Source of the DNA: Octopus bimaculoides
Taxonomy: Eukaryota
Direction: 5' to 3'
Assembly (NCBI RefSeq): GCF_001194135.2
Contig: NC_069003.1
Span: 602,435 to 662,292, forward strand
Length of the DNA: 59,858 bases
Shown: positions 38,600 to 52,263 of the stretch, in pieces
Layout of the letters: the number at the start of each line of letters is the position of its first letter
Numbering within the stretch: the stretch's first letter is position 1
Notes under the pieces: model-generated
Databases searched by the model: none
What the model saw: the letters and a program-made list of their open reading frames with translations, nothing else
Told to the model about the DNA's origin: nothing
Position numbers and translations under genes: made by a program

Positions 38600-38985
38600 T
38601 CTTCTGCCACTTCTTTCGTTCTATCATCTTCCTGCCGTCTCCCTTCGCGTTCCGTCCTCACCCGTGCTTCTCGCCATCCCCTTCTGCCGTCCAACTGTGA
38701 TTATCCCAAACACAGCTTCCACAGTCTCTACACAACTGACCCAACCAGCTGCATCATGACATCCGTATAAATACATCAATTGGTGTTACATTAACGATTT
38801 CTGAAACCCTTTCCTTGTTCACATGATCTTGTCATCCGATATTTAATATTCTACATAAGGCTTTGCGTTCAAAGACTGGGAATTTAGCAGCAGATGTAGT
38901 GGTTCTGTGCCAAGATCGATGTCCATAAAGTAATATTGATCCGTGCTGATTATAAGGAGAACAGAAGACATGCAACTAATATTGG
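38600..38985 (-). mobile_element. RTE-clade LINE ORF 3' fragment
   Basis: SILLYGHRSW.......VFERKALCRILNIG*QDHVNKE...FIRMS*CSWLGQLCR matches the RTE post-RT pattern LLYG.E.W..FER..LRRIL.I.W.D.V.N.E..RLRW.GH..R. Confidence 0.8.
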
Positions 38986-39415
38986 ATAGTTTAATAAGAG
39001 AGGGAAGCAAGGTTGGTGTGCTTATTAAGTGTTCAAAGAGAGAAATTATGAATATAAATCATGCCACAACATTGAATTTATGGTAGAGAAGTAATAATAA
39101 AGTCCGCTGATCACTTCAAATATTATTTGTGGGCTGAGAGTTGCAAGGAACGGTTCGCTGGAATTGGGTTCTGGGGAAAGAATTTTCGAGGAAGCAGAAG
39201 GCGCAATTGCTATGTTAAGAACGATATAGCAGTCCAACTGTCTCTCGATACACACCAAGGCAACATTCACGCATATCTATGTGTGTGAGTGTGTGTGTGT
39301 GTGCGTGTGTACATATATACATACATGTAGGTAGGTAGACAAATAGACAGAGATACGTAGAGACGAAGAGAAAGAGGGGGAGATTGATAGGTAGACAGAC
39401 TGATTGATTGACATA

Positions 39416-39456
<41 letters not shown>

Positions 39457-40105
39457 AAGAAAAAGAGACAGATAAATAGGCTGACAGACAGACAGACAGA
39501 TCGATAGAAGGTGATGTCCTCCGTAGTTTCTCTGAGCTTCTCGCTGCGATCGAGTTTTACGGCGGTCAACACATGAGATGATGAACCTTAGTCGAAGTTC
39601 TTAAAAAAAAAGAAAACCTATGTACTAGAGGGAGATTCTTCCGATTAATTACGTGGATAAACTCANNNNNNNNNNNNNNNNNNNNNNNNNNNNNNNNNNN
39701 NNNNNNNNNNNNNNNNNNNNNNNNNNNNNNNNNNNNNNNNNNNNNNNNNNNNNNNNNNNNNNNNNNNNNNNNNNNNNNNNNNNNNNNNNNNNNNNNNNNN
39801 NNNNNNNNNNNNNNNNNNNNNNNNNNNNNNNNNNNNNNNNNNNNNNNNNNNNNNNNNNNNNNNNNNNNNNNNNNNNNNNNNNNNNNNNNNNNNNNNNNNN
39901 NNNNNNNNNNNNNNNNNNNNNNNNNNNNNNNNNNNNNNNNNNNNNNNNNNNNNNNNNNNNNNNNNNNNNNNNNNNNNNNNNNNNNNNNNNNNNNNNNNNN
40001 NNNNNNNNNNNNNNNNNNNNNNNNNNNNNNNNNNNNNNNNNNNNNNNNNNNNNNNNNNNNNNNNNNNNNNNNNNNNNNNNNNNNNNNNNNNNNNNNNNNN
40101 NNNNN

Positions 40106-40167
<62 letters not shown>

Positions 40168-41072
40168 CGCATGTGTTGTATTGAAAATACGTCTGTTTCC
40201 AATACAACTTGAAAAGTTATTCCCTATACATACACACACACGCACACACACATGTAGTTGAATAAATAAACCGCCACTTTTTTCTCCACCCTTCAAGGCG
40301 GTTCAACGTATACAGAGCACGTGCAAGTCTCCACACATAAAGCAATTACATACATACCTTAATACATACATACATGTATATTATACATACATTTATACAA
40401 CCATATATATATATATATATATGGTTGCTGTTATTTCTAACCGCCCAAACTCCTCTACATGTGATTCCCGCCACCCCCATCACCATTCTTTCTTCGAAAA
40501 CTGCTTTACGCAATGGCGTCATTCCCCCTGCAGCCTAGACACTTCGCATCGTATATGCCCCACTTCTAGCAACATTGAAGACCTTGAAAATAGCTTCGCC
40601 TTATGCGGACATGACAAATCACACTTCCTCAGCACTACCAAAGCATTATAACCATTAAACTCTTAAAAGGAAGCACACAGCATGACACTTCCTTAGAACT
40701 TGTACAACAACCATGAAAGTAGAAGAGTCGGTGTTTTTAAATGCTGCTATTTTCATGATAATCTCTCGTAGAAAAACCAGGACTAGAAAGGCGTCATTTT
40801 GGAAAGTGAGAGACTTAGCTTTTCGGGATTAGAAAATATTTTCAACCTGTCTCAGTCACCCGTCTTCGAAAGTATTTATTAAAATGTAATTAATACCCAC
40901 TTAAAAGTGCTGCTGACTTTTCTGTGACTGTACTGCTCCTCCTATTACTACTACTGCTTCTACTTCTACATATGGAACTATCGGCGACTAAGCTGAAAAC
41001 CTTGGCTTTCTCTTGAGAATCTGTCCTTTCATTGAAAGCTCCAATCTGATCTCTAAGAACTACTTCCATATC

Positions 41073-41135
41073 ATGTAATCGACTAGTCCCCTCCCCCACA
41101 TTTCAGGCTTTGTGCTTATAGTAGAAAGGATTATA
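41073..41135 (+). mobile_element. SINE family B1 3' end
   Basis: ATGTAATCGACTAGTCCCCTCCCCCACATTTCAGGCTTTGTGCTTATAGTAGAAAGGATTAT. Confidence 0.8.
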
Positions 41136-41299
41136 TTAATTTACAACTACTTCATCTGAATTCGATCTCATGGATCAAAATTATGAAATAATATATGCAA
41201 CCAATTAACTAATTACTCTCGAAGTGTCAATCTTATTTGCATCATGTATCTATGTCTGTCTGTCTGTCTGTCTATCTATTCTTTTATAATTTTATTTTC

Positions 41300-41664
41300 A
41301 TTCCTGTTGGATCCGGCTGATCTGTTCACGACAATTCCTTTTCAAATTGGCCGCAATAATTTTCTCTACTTTCCTCCTCAGGATGGAGCAATAGTTTAGC
41401 TGAACTCGAGGAATGAATTCAGTAAAAAAAGCATGAGACAATTCCTGAAATTCTTCAAAATGTGTTTCGGAACGCGACGGATAGATTCGAAATTTGTAGG
41501 GATAGAGACCGATTAAATATTGAAAAATTTCAATAAAGTTTTCACGTAAGATGTATAAATCTATTCGTTTCGGTATCATAATTAATAAACAAAGTTCTGT
41601 CAGGTTTTCTCTTTTTAATTTGCTCGATTTCATTGAAATAAACAGTTAAGTCTCGAACACCCTG
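41300..41664 (+). mobile_element. mariner-like transposon 3' end with internal deletion and right TIR
   Basis: LYFPPQDGA joined to SLAELEE*IQ...TIPEILQNVFRNATDRFEICRDRD..IE. End RC reads CAGGGTGTTCGAGAC, with TA at 41665-41666. Confidence 0.75.
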
Positions 41665-42559
41665 TATAAGAGACAGTGCTCCTCCTGTTACACATAGAAA
41701 TGTCCTAGATCGATTCTAAAGCCAGGCTGTTATATCAGCCCTACTAGACACATCTTCGCAAGCCGAAAGCTCACTTGAAGTCTGTGAATTTTCATTGCTT
41801 TTGACTTTGTGGTGCACTTGAAACCAAATATGTTATTACAGGTATATTTCAAGTGGAGAAACTGTAAAATGATTGTTTGCAAGCTCAAAAGCTCAAACTT
41901 TGAAATAAAAGAATATGGAAAACTATTCTTTTATTACTCCTGCTTGAAAAAAACAAAACTATGATTAACGCGGTATGTCTTTTTTTTTTGTTTTAAGATG
42001 GTGAGGTCGATTTAGTTCGGATTTTCTATAATCTTAAATTATATCTAAAGATATCTACAGAGGGATTGTCTTTGCGGGCACCGATTCGGCTTTACTGCCC
42101 GCTATACAAAGCTCAGGTATGATTATATCTCATACCGCTGGACAATTTAGACACGCACACACACAAGCATTCTTGTCAGTCAATATCTCAAGCAAAAAGT
42201 GACATTTCTAATGGTTTAATTCCCAATTAGCGTCGCATAACAACCATCGGCTCATAAGCTTACTGTGTCCACTCCTGGCCGCCTCATCCACTATCACAGC
42301 AATTATGACACAATGAAGGAAAATGACCCCAAAACTCAACCTGTGTGGTCGCTCATATTACTAGAAATAACAGCTAAATTTTCCTCAAATTATATAAAAT
42401 CGTACATAACTGTAAAGACGTAATAATATACTTCTTGTGATTTTCATCAATTTCTGAGGTGGTGGTCGTGGCAGAGTTATGAAAGACTAGCTGACGTATA
42501 TTGAAGCAATTATAAAATGTGTTAATATGAAGGTTCTTGTTAATTTAATTATGTTTCTG

Positions 42560-42900
42560 TTGTTATTTTTCGTAGGTGGTGGTCATGTAGTTTTTGCTGT
42601 TCCTGTTGAATGTTGATATGTTTTTGATGGTTTTTACTTATTGTTAATGTTGATATTGTTGTTATTGTTAAAAATATTTAATGTTCCTTATAAACTTGTT
42701 TATGTAGTTTTTGTACCTTTTTCTTTTATTTTAAATCTTTTCTTTCTCTTCATACTCACCAACGCCACCACCTACCACCACCACCATCACCATCATAGAC
42801 CATGTTGTGAAACAATCATTTACATCAACGTGGTTTCTGTTTATATTGACAGCCATGTCAACATGGCGGTGGCGGTGTTGTCACTGGTGAAAATAGCAGC

Positions 42901-42932
<32 letters not shown>

Positions 42933-43150
42933 CAGCAGCAAGAGGAGCTATATTAATTACTTTCTCCTTTTCATTAAACTGTTGTTTACATAATTGCTAC
43001 TCTTTATTAATTCTGGTTTTCGGGAATTTATTGTTGTCCTTATTTTTGTTGTTCGTGTCATTGTTTCTGTTCTTTGTGTTGCCGCCGCCGCCGCCGCCGC
43101 CGAGGTTGTTGTTGTTGTCACTGGCGCCATATTTGTTTTTGTTGTTGTCA
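42560..43150. repeat. Patchwork of triplet microsatellites (GTT, CAC, GTA, GCC)
   Basis: Direct reading; accounts for the low-complexity 240-aa ORF at 42641-43363. Confidence 0.8.
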
Positions 43151-44111
43151 AGTGATTATGAATATTTAATAGATCAAAAGTGTTGGATGAAAGAATCGGT
43201 AGGGCATCAGATAAAGCCGTGTGTACTTTACAGTTACGTCACTTCACGTTGGGAATTAAAAACATTAAAATTTCCGTTATATAAAAGACCAGCTGAAGGA
43301 CGACGCTTCGCTCATCTTGCAAACCTCAGAGTAACGCTAAGGGAAGTTTTCAGCATACAATGAATAAACTAGGAAAAATGCAAAAGCAACCACCCACCGA
43401 CACACACGCTTCATGTATGTATGTATGTATGTATGTATGTATATACATACACACGCACACATATATATATGTGTGTATGCTTGTGTGTGTGTATATATTT
43501 ATATATATGTGATATGGACAATTTTCTTTAAAGGAAACCCGGTCATACAAAGTGAGTCACGAAGTATAATACAGTGAGTCTATGATCGGTGGTATTGCTA
43601 CTACATGTATTCCTTCATTACGATCGTTTCAACAATACGTTGTTCAGACAAATTATGAATACAAACAGTGATTATGCAATATCTTCCAATATTGCGTCAT
43701 CATTTATGTTAATGATTTGCTTGACACATTCTTGAAACGATCGTAAAGTAGAAATAAATGTGATAGAAACACTTGCATTCTTCGACCTACTACACACACA
43801 TACTTACATCTATATATATGAATATGTGTGTGAGTACTCGCTATAGACAAGAAGCAAAACATATTTCGTCAGCCGAACTTCAAATTACGTAACTGTGAAT
43901 TACAGATCACCTATGATGAAACAAAAATCTGTTCGATGAAAGACGCAACCATTAAAAAGAATATTGCAAAACTACAGACGGAAACCAAAACAAAGAAAGT
44001 ATTTTATTGGAAACATGAACAGAGACAAATATGAATGAATAAAGGTATTTGATTATATGTCTGCGCGCATATATACATACATACATGCCCACGCACGCAC
44101 GCACGCACGCG

Positions 44112-44187
<76 letters not shown>

Positions 44188-44195
44188 TATACGAA

Positions 44196-44227
<32 letters not shown>

Positions 44228-45197
44228 AGATTGGATTAGTAGTATATAAAATTTATAAATTAGGATAAAGTTTCCAATATTCGCTGAGAGTTTCTCAGTG
44301 CATTTGTAAAGAATGTCACTCACATACTTGTGTGTGTATATGTTTGTGTATGTGTGTGTGTGTATGTAAGTATATAAATATAAATTAATTAAGGATTTAA
44401 TTAATAACAGCGTTTTTTTTTAAAGCACTTTCAAATGTGACCTCGGGTAGAGTAGTTACGTCGAACCTATAAACCGAGCGTCGCAGTGAAATGTAAAACT
44501 TGCGTATTTCCTGACGTCGAGGACGCTCCGACCTGAAGAGACGCACCCAGTTTTGACTCAAACGTTTCGTGAAAAAACAAGCTAAAGATAAATGTGACAA
44601 TAAAAACAAGGTCACAGCACTTATACCTATTTAACCATGATGTTTTTTCTTTATTTTTTATTCTTGAGGGAAGGGATATTGAGTGGTTAAATGACTGAGT
44701 TCCTCGGGATCATTAAAAGTCTGCAATTTTTCTCTTATTTTTAGACGGCAACGAGACATAATTTGCTTAGTATAGATATCCTTCCATTGGGATTAAATCG
44801 GCCTTCGAAAGATTCGACATTCCTCCTCGAGGATGCACGCTAAATTTCTTTGAAGGGGGCGGGGGAAAAAACGAGGAAAGTCGCTACTTTATTTAGTTTC
44901 CACAGCGAGAAAAAACTATATTTATCATGTTTACCAAACAGATGTGTATTTTACATTGCGTTTCTAATTTTATATATTTTGGTTTATGTCGTCTTCGTGC
45001 AAAGGACATGAAAAATTCATTGAATTCTCTTCTGACATATTGTAAATATCAGCACAGACAGACATAGATTCCCCGTGCATTTTCAATTCCATTTATTTCT
45101 TCTGTACTACTTGTTTGGATTAATAACATTTTACATACGTACATACATACGTATACACACACACACACACACACACACACCAGTATGTGTGTGTGTG

Positions 45198-45464
<267 letters not shown>

Positions 45465-45489
45465 GCGTACCCCCCCAAAACAGGATCTG

Positions 45490-46015
45490 TTCAGTTTGGC
45501 GCACAGATTTTTAAAATTAATCTTCATTAATTAACCAGTTTGAAACTTTGTATACTGTCAGCGTCTCATTAACCTTACCTGCCAAGATCTTATGTCCCCC
45601 TGCTAAATATTTGGACCGAAAGCTGGGGATCCTTCCAGGTCTTCGTGTCTTCCGGCTGCTGGAGTTTTTCTTCAGTTCTTGAGTAAGATTTTCTTTTGTT
45701 ATGGGATCCAGATATCTTTAGATGCTTATTTTCTTCTTAATCCTTTCTGAGATAATCCCTTCGCAGCTCATCCTCCTTCCTAAAATTATTCTCCTCCTCT
45801 TGCTGTTGGTGACGCATTTACTTCTTTTTTTTTATTTTTCCCAAGTTCCTGGTATAATCGTTTTGGGATGTAATCAAATTGTTTCTTTGGTTCAAAGAAT
45901 CGTTGGCGTTTTCCATACCGACGGATTGTTTGTGATTTAGCAAAGATCTATTGTTTTAGGCGGCTTTTTTCTTATTTCCCGTTCATATTGTTTGTTATTT
46001 TGTATTTCTTCATTG
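45490..46015 (-). mobile_element. R4/Dong-like internal fragment (pre-RT region to RT start), paralog of 27900-28179
   Basis: AKSQTIRRYGKRQRFFEPKKQFDYIPKRLYQELGKN...ITKENLTQELKK...PGRIPSFRSKYL...HKILAGKVN...NWL. About 13 differences in about 115 nt versus 27991-28105 by hand alignment. Confidence 0.8.
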
Positions 46016-47009
46016 TTTCTCTCAGAGATGCACATATCGTCAGCCACCAAGGGACATGCTCAACTGGTTAAGGTCAAACAAGTGACAAGCAAATTTGTGG
46101 TATTGAGCAGAACATTTGCTGTTATCCATCTTTTACACTGAGACAAAACAATGATGATAACACTTCCAATTAAGATCAGAAGCCATGAGAGCCACTGCCC
46201 GGTATTGCAACAGGGAGTTTATTATTATTGTTGTAGTAGTAGTAGCAGTTGCTGCTGCTGTTGTTTATTTCGATATATATATGTTCTTCGAATAGCTTTT
46301 AGGGTCAGACTAAACACACGCAGACAAACATACATATACACAAACACACATAAACACATTGACACACGCACCCCGACAAACACCGATACATACACACACA
46401 CACACACACACACAGACAGACAGACAGAGGCAAGCTTATAAAGAGTGAATATTAAGCATAATGTAAGTAGAAGAGGAGAAAGCAGCCGACGGACAAACAA
46501 CAACAACAACGACAACAAAAAGGAAATATATATAAAAGATAGATAGTTTGCTTTTAAGAGCAGCAAATAGATGAAGGANNNNNNNNNNNNNNNNNNNNNN
46601 NNNNNNNNNNNNNNNNNNNNNNNNNNNNNNNNNNNNNNNNNNNNNNNNNNNNNNNNNNNNNNNNNNNNNNNNNNNNNNNNNNNNNNNNNNNNNNNNNNNN
46701 NNNNNNNNNNNNNNNNNNNNNNNNNNNNNNNNNNNNNNNNNNNNNNNNNNNNNNNNNNNNNNNNNNNNNNNNNNNNNNNNNNNNNNNNNNNNNNNNNNNN
46801 NNNNNNNNNNNNNNNNNNNNNNNNNNNNNNNNNNNNNNNNNNNNNNNNNNNNNNNNNNNNNNNNNNNNNNNNNNNNNNNNNNNNNNNNNNNNNNNNNNNN
46901 NNNNNNNNNNNNNNNNNNNNNNNNNNNNNNNNNNNNNNNNNNNNNNNNNNNNNNNNNNNNNNNNNNNNNNNNNNNNNNNNNNNNNNNNNNNNNNNNNNNN
47001 NNNNNNNNN

Positions 47010-47063
<54 letters not shown>

Positions 47064-47482
47064 CTCTACTTGCGCAACTTACACATTCCTACACACACAT
47101 GTGTATATATGCGTACTAAGTGCTGTTTCAATGTTTTTTCTCCGTCTTCCTCTAGTCTCTCTATATGCATTTATGTGTGCATACACACATACACACAAAG
47201 ACAGACAGACAGACGTGTGTGTGTGTGTGTGTGTGTATGAATGTATATTTTTTTGTGTGTATTTATGCATATCTGTATTCATATCCATATACTTATCTAT
47301 TGTCTGCGTATTTGTTTATCTCTCTATGTGTGTGTGTGTGTGTGTTTGTGTGTGTGTGTGCATACATACAACCCCTCACACTCCACACAAACATCTATGT
47401 ATATAAATCGACAAACAGCGAAAACAGTAAAATTAGAAAATATATTTTAAACATACAAAATATATGTGTGTGAGTGTGTACA

Positions 47483-47560
<78 letters not shown>

Positions 47561-48022
47561 TATATACATATATGTATTTATGTCTATGTATGTATACACT
47601 TATATGCATTTCTACATCAATGTTCATATATAGGGTATGAAAATAAAATTATGAATAATGAAAATATTTCCTAAAAATGATGCCATTTACTGAAAGCCTG
47701 GTTGGGTTGTCTGCGGTCAAGAATTACAAAATGTTTTACCGTTCTTCACAAGTCTGGGACACAGCACGATTTTAAGAATTATTCATAGGAGGAACTCCAT
47801 CAGCCAACATACAGAAAAAAAAAAAACACATATACAAACGAACGTAGACATAGAAGAGGCACATAACGTTAGAAACACATCTCTATACAGAATGATCGAC
47901 CAACGAATAAAAGAGCACAACAACAGACATGGCAGAAGAAAAATTAAATGCACACACGATTGCAGCCAAGAAATACACGCGGGTGCACACACACATTCGG
48001 TCGTGACAATATCATAAAAATA

Positions 48023-48254
48023 GGGCGGTGAGCTGGCAGAACCGTTAGCACACCGGGCGAAATGCTTAACGGTATTTCTTCTGCCGTTACGTTCTGAGTT
48101 CAAATTCCGCAGAGGTCGACTTTGCCTTTCATCCTTTCGGAGTCGATTAAATAAGTACCAGTTACACACTGGGTCGATGTAATCGACTTAATCCCTTTGT
48201 CTGTCCTTGTTTGTCCCCCTCTGTGTTTAGCCCCTTGTGGGAAATGAAATAAAT
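48023..48254 (+). mobile_element. SINE family B (tail type B2), full length, well preserved
   Basis: GGGCGGTGAGCTGGCAGAACCGTTAGCACACCGGGCGAAATGC...GAGTTCAAATTCC...GAGGTCGACTTTGCCTTTCATCCTTTCGGAGTCGATTAAATAAGTACCAG...GTTTAGCCCCTTGTGGG. Confidence 0.92.
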
Positions 48255-48449
48255 ATCATAAAAATACTCACGCAGACACAAATACCTCTGTGTGCGCGCG
48301 TGTGTGTGTGTGTGTGTGTGTGCATGTGTGTGTGTGCATGTGCGCGTGTGTATCACTCAGCCCTCGGCAGTTAGGTTTCCGAAACCTACCGCTGTCTAAC
48401 AAAGTATCATACGTCATATACGTGTGTGTGTGTTATCAAGAATAGACAT

Positions 48450-48760
48450 GAAGTCTGAACAAGAGCGAGGGTAGAACACTGCTCTAAGCCTTTCACTGCA
48501 TAAGTCTCTAGTGCAATGCCTGCATGAGTCCAGCTGCAACTAAAGTGCAATGCGTTTGAACGATTTCTTTTCTCAAGAGTTGGAACAGCCAACCACTCAT
48601 ACTCACGTGAACCAAGGAGATGTTAAGATGTTAAGCAGCTTGCAAGATAATTCTGCCGCAGCATCCTCCGCAACACATTTGTAATCAATGTGGCTTTATA
48701 TGTAAGTGAGCTGGTGGACCGACCAGGTATATTAAAATAGAAAAGGTCACAACTCAGACA
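48450..48760 (+). mobile_element. Possible RTE LINE C-terminal remnant with C2H2-like motif
   Basis: HICNQCGFICK*AGGPTRYIKIEK resembles the terminal CxxC...GL..H motif of RTE ORFs; upstream similarity is weak. Confidence 0.4.
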
Positions 48761-49984
48761 ATGATGTCATGTAACATACAGTTCAAACGCTACATCTGTG
48801 TACGTGATTGCAGAACGGAAGCTATGCTCTTAGAGTAACCTGCTTGCGCTTGATCGTCCAAGGTTCAATGAAGGAATGACACTCTCCTGACAAGAAGGAG
48901 CAATCTATCAATCAATCAATCTACAATATATATACGCATAAATATATAGCTATCTACGCAAATGTATTTGTGTGTGTGTATGTTTGCAGGTGTGCATAAA
49001 CGTGGTAACATGGTTCCCCAATGGTCGCAGCTTACAAGGGAGATGATTTCTCCACAATATTTGGATTGTTAGAAAGTTCGGAGCTTCAGTCCAGAGCTTT
49101 TCGCGAAAAAAGTTGCAGTGGAATGGTTTAGTATGAGTGGATTGTGTCTATTTTGCTCCAGCTAGGACTTGCATATGTAAACTATCATTTCCCAGTTTAA
49201 CACTATTTCAGTATAACGAAACATTTTTAAGGAAAGGAAAGATTTGATTGAAACAGACACTATTGTATTGTGCCAGTCGTGTGTCTCCATACAGTTATTA
49301 ACCCCAGGAGGAGGGCAGAGGACGTCGACTCCGTTGAAGATTTGAACTCATAATGTAAACAGAACGAAGATTAAATACTATAAGACAACCTCCACCAACC
49401 TCCACCCATCAATGACAACGATGATGATGATGATAAAAAAATGTTTTCTTTGTTCCTTTCGTTATTTTGTTTTAATCATATTTATTTTTCAAGTAGTAGT
49501 AGTAGTAGTAGTAGTAATTGTTGTTGCTGTTGTTGGTGTTTGTGTTGTTGTTATTGACATAATTCGCACAGACTAAAAAGTAGGACAATTCCATTGTCAA
49601 AACTGAAATGGTGGCCGCGTGAAGAATATGAAGTCGCTTCGTCAGCATCAGGCATCCAATGGGGGCAGCAGTGCGGAGGAGGAGGTGAAAGAAGTAGAGG
49701 TGGGAGAGAAGACAATAAGGGGGGGGGGGCAGAAAAGAAAACAAACAAGGAACGCCGTCGTGCGGGATGTGTGAAACAGGTGACAGGGGTCGGGGTTCGG
49801 TTCTCAGTGCTATCTTGAAGACAGTCTTATAATATATTTTTCTCGTTTTCTATAATTTCTGAGTGCATCATCATATACGCACAGCAACACACAACACTTA
49901 TGAATATATCTAAAGCTATATTTATATAAATGTTTATATATCTATACGTATGTTCCCATCAATAATGCTAAAATATAATTTAGG

Positions 49985-50877
49985 GAGGTTTCTGACCTGG
50001 AGGGAAAAGTGAGGTGTAAAACCATATAATTTCCCGTCTCCTCCCCGAGTTGTTCCTATTCTGCCCAGTATAGTTATTGTTATTATTATAACGGAATAAA
50101 TAATATCTTCTAAAATGTTGATGGTTTCTATATTCGGGGGGAAGGGGCTTGTTGTTCATGGGAGGGGTGTCGACGTTTAAATTCGCAATATTTGGAAAAC
50201 GTTTGCCCAATTTATTTTTAAATATTGTGTTCTTAATATATTTTTCTATTGAATCCACTGTCTTTTAATGTTGTATTATAAAGGTGTGCAAAATCTTCGA
50301 AGATCTTTTCGTTTGCGGATAAATTAGATATTCTTATCGACACACTTTTGATTATCTCCTTTTAGGACACTTTGGAGATGATCCGATAAGGCGTGGATAT
50401 ACTTAATAGCTTTGTTAGGCTTAAGGTAGGGATAGAATAAGCCGTTATCTAGATTTAATGTTACGTCCAATATGTTAACACATTTAGTGACATTAACGAA
50501 TATAATATCTGAGTTGTATAACTTAAAAACTTTAATTAATCCTTATCCTCTCAGTTGCTTGTGCGGAGGAGCCAGATATAGCGAATAAGGTATCGTCTCT
50601 ATAATTCTTCCTTAATTTTTGAGAGTAAAAATGGGCCAACAATGTTTGTGACCTGGACAGAGTCCGAGCTTCCCCATTGTAACATCAAAGTCGTCGTGCA
50701 GGTCACATCGGGTCCATGTCCTATTTCTGAAGGATATCAGTGTTTTTCTTGCGGTAAAAATGTTATTTTTTTTTCTACTGGTGTAATACTAGTAAAATTC
50801 TCCGCAAAAGTAATTGCTTTGTCGAGCAAATCCGGCTTAAAGGATTGGTAGCACATACGAATGTCGAATTCTATAAA
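49985..50877 (-). mobile_element. Penelope-like element RT remnant, Naiad/Chlamys-type signature
   Basis: Across 4-5 frameshifts: FIEFDIRMCYQS..LLDKAITFA, ARKTL, FDVTMG/SSDS.QV..IVG.FLL, YRDD (50603-50592), VNILDVTLNL..G.FYPY.KPN..IKYIH..SDH, RISNLSANEKIF, LKDSG, RRREIIWF. Confidence 0.88.
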
Positions 50878-50920
50878 CCGGGTTTATATATATACATATT
50901 TATCTATTTATTTATTTATG

Positions 50921-51266
50921 TGTTTCAGCCCAGTCATTTAACTGCAGCCATGCTGGAGCACCGCCTTTATCGAACGAATCGACCATAGGACTTATTCTAT
51001 CGGTCTCTTTTAAGTAACGGGGACGTAAACTCACCAAGATCGGTTGTCAAATGATAGTGGTGGTGGTGGGGACAAACACACACACACACACACACCACAC
51101 ACACGATGGGCTTCTACCAGCTTTCGTCAACCAAATTCGCTTACAAGGCTTTGGTTGGCCCGAGGCCATAGTAGAAGACACTCGCCCATGTTGTCACGTA
51201 GTGGAACTGAACCCGGAACCATGTGGTTGGAAAGCAAGCTTCTTACCACACAGTCACGCCTGCGCA
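50921..51266 (-). mobile_element. SINE family A, near full length
   Basis: RC head GCGCAGGCGTGACTGTGTGGTAAGAAGCTTGCTTTCCAACCACATGGTTCCGGGTTCAG, CORE-like block, and tail with GCTCCAGCATGGCTGCAG. Confidence 0.9.
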
Positions 51267-51306
51267 TATATATGTATATGCATATCGTAATATATTTTTC
51301 ACTCAC

Positions 51307-51342
<36 letters not shown>

Positions 51343-51566
51343 NNNNNNNNNNNNNNNNNNNNNNNNNNNNNNNNNNNNNNNNNNNNNNNNNNNNNNNNNN
51401 NNNNNNNNNNNNNNNNNNNNNNNNNNNNNNNNNNNNNNNNNNNNNNNNNNNNNNNNNNNNNNNNNNNNNNNNNNNNNNNNNNNNNNNNNNNNNNNNNNNN
51501 NNTACAAATACTGGAGTCTTAAAACAGATTGTCAACGCATGTTCGAGGTGCGTTGTGTTTATCTAT

Positions 51567-51607
<41 letters not shown>

Positions 51608-52061
51608 CATTGTCATTGCTGTGTGTTATTGTCATCCTAGTTGTTTTTTTAAAACTCCATTTCTCCATTATTTTAGTTGGTGGGGGTCAAGGACATGATA
51701 CTGGTATTGACAATAGTATTGGTGGTGGTGGTGGTTGTATTAGTGTCGGTGACAGTGGTAATGATGATATTGGTGGTGCAGGTTGTAGTTTCAGTGGTTG
51801 TGGTTTCTGTGGTCAATGACACTTCAGCCGTGACCATCCCGTCTTTCTCCTATGTGAGGGGAATCCAGGACCACATAACGCAACATGTTCTTTGCTAAGA
51901 TAGTGAGGTACGATTCGAGGGAGGTCTGGTTGCTGTTTCTAGCAGTTCTAATTACTACATAAAGGTCTTCCTCGTTGCCCAACACATTCATATACACACG
52001 CGAGGCAGTAGATTACGATTTGAGGCAGATTTAGCTGCTGCTACTCCTACTCGTAATAATA

Positions 52062-52263
52062 ATCCTTTCTACTAGAAGCACAAGGCCAGCAATTGTGGGC
52101 GAGGGTACCTCGATTACATCGGTCAAAGTGCTCAACAGATACTTATTTTATCGATCCTGAAACGTGAAACAAGGTCGATCTCGGTGGAGTTTGAACTTAG
52201 AACGTAGCGACAAACGAAATGCTGATAAGCATTTTGCCCTACGTGCTAACAATTCTGCCAGCT
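52062..52263 (-). mobile_element. SINE family B1, diverged, flanked by AAT repeats on both sides
   Basis: taataataatcctttctactagaagcacaagg...ctgccagctactactaataataataatt. Confidence 0.8.

Noticed and set aside
42641-43363. Longest gap-free ORF (240 aa)
   Set aside because: Built from triplet microsatellites giving poly-V, poly-H, poly-P and poly-L runs; no recognisable domain.
44525-44572. Second hammerhead-like string CTGAAGA...AAACGT
   Set aside because: No G12 (CAAAC rather than GAAAC), and no convincing stem I or stem II.
49985-50877. Selenoprotein-type recoding in the Naiad-like RT
   Set aside because: Interruptions are frameshifts and TAA/TAG stops; no conserved in-frame TGA or SECIS seen.
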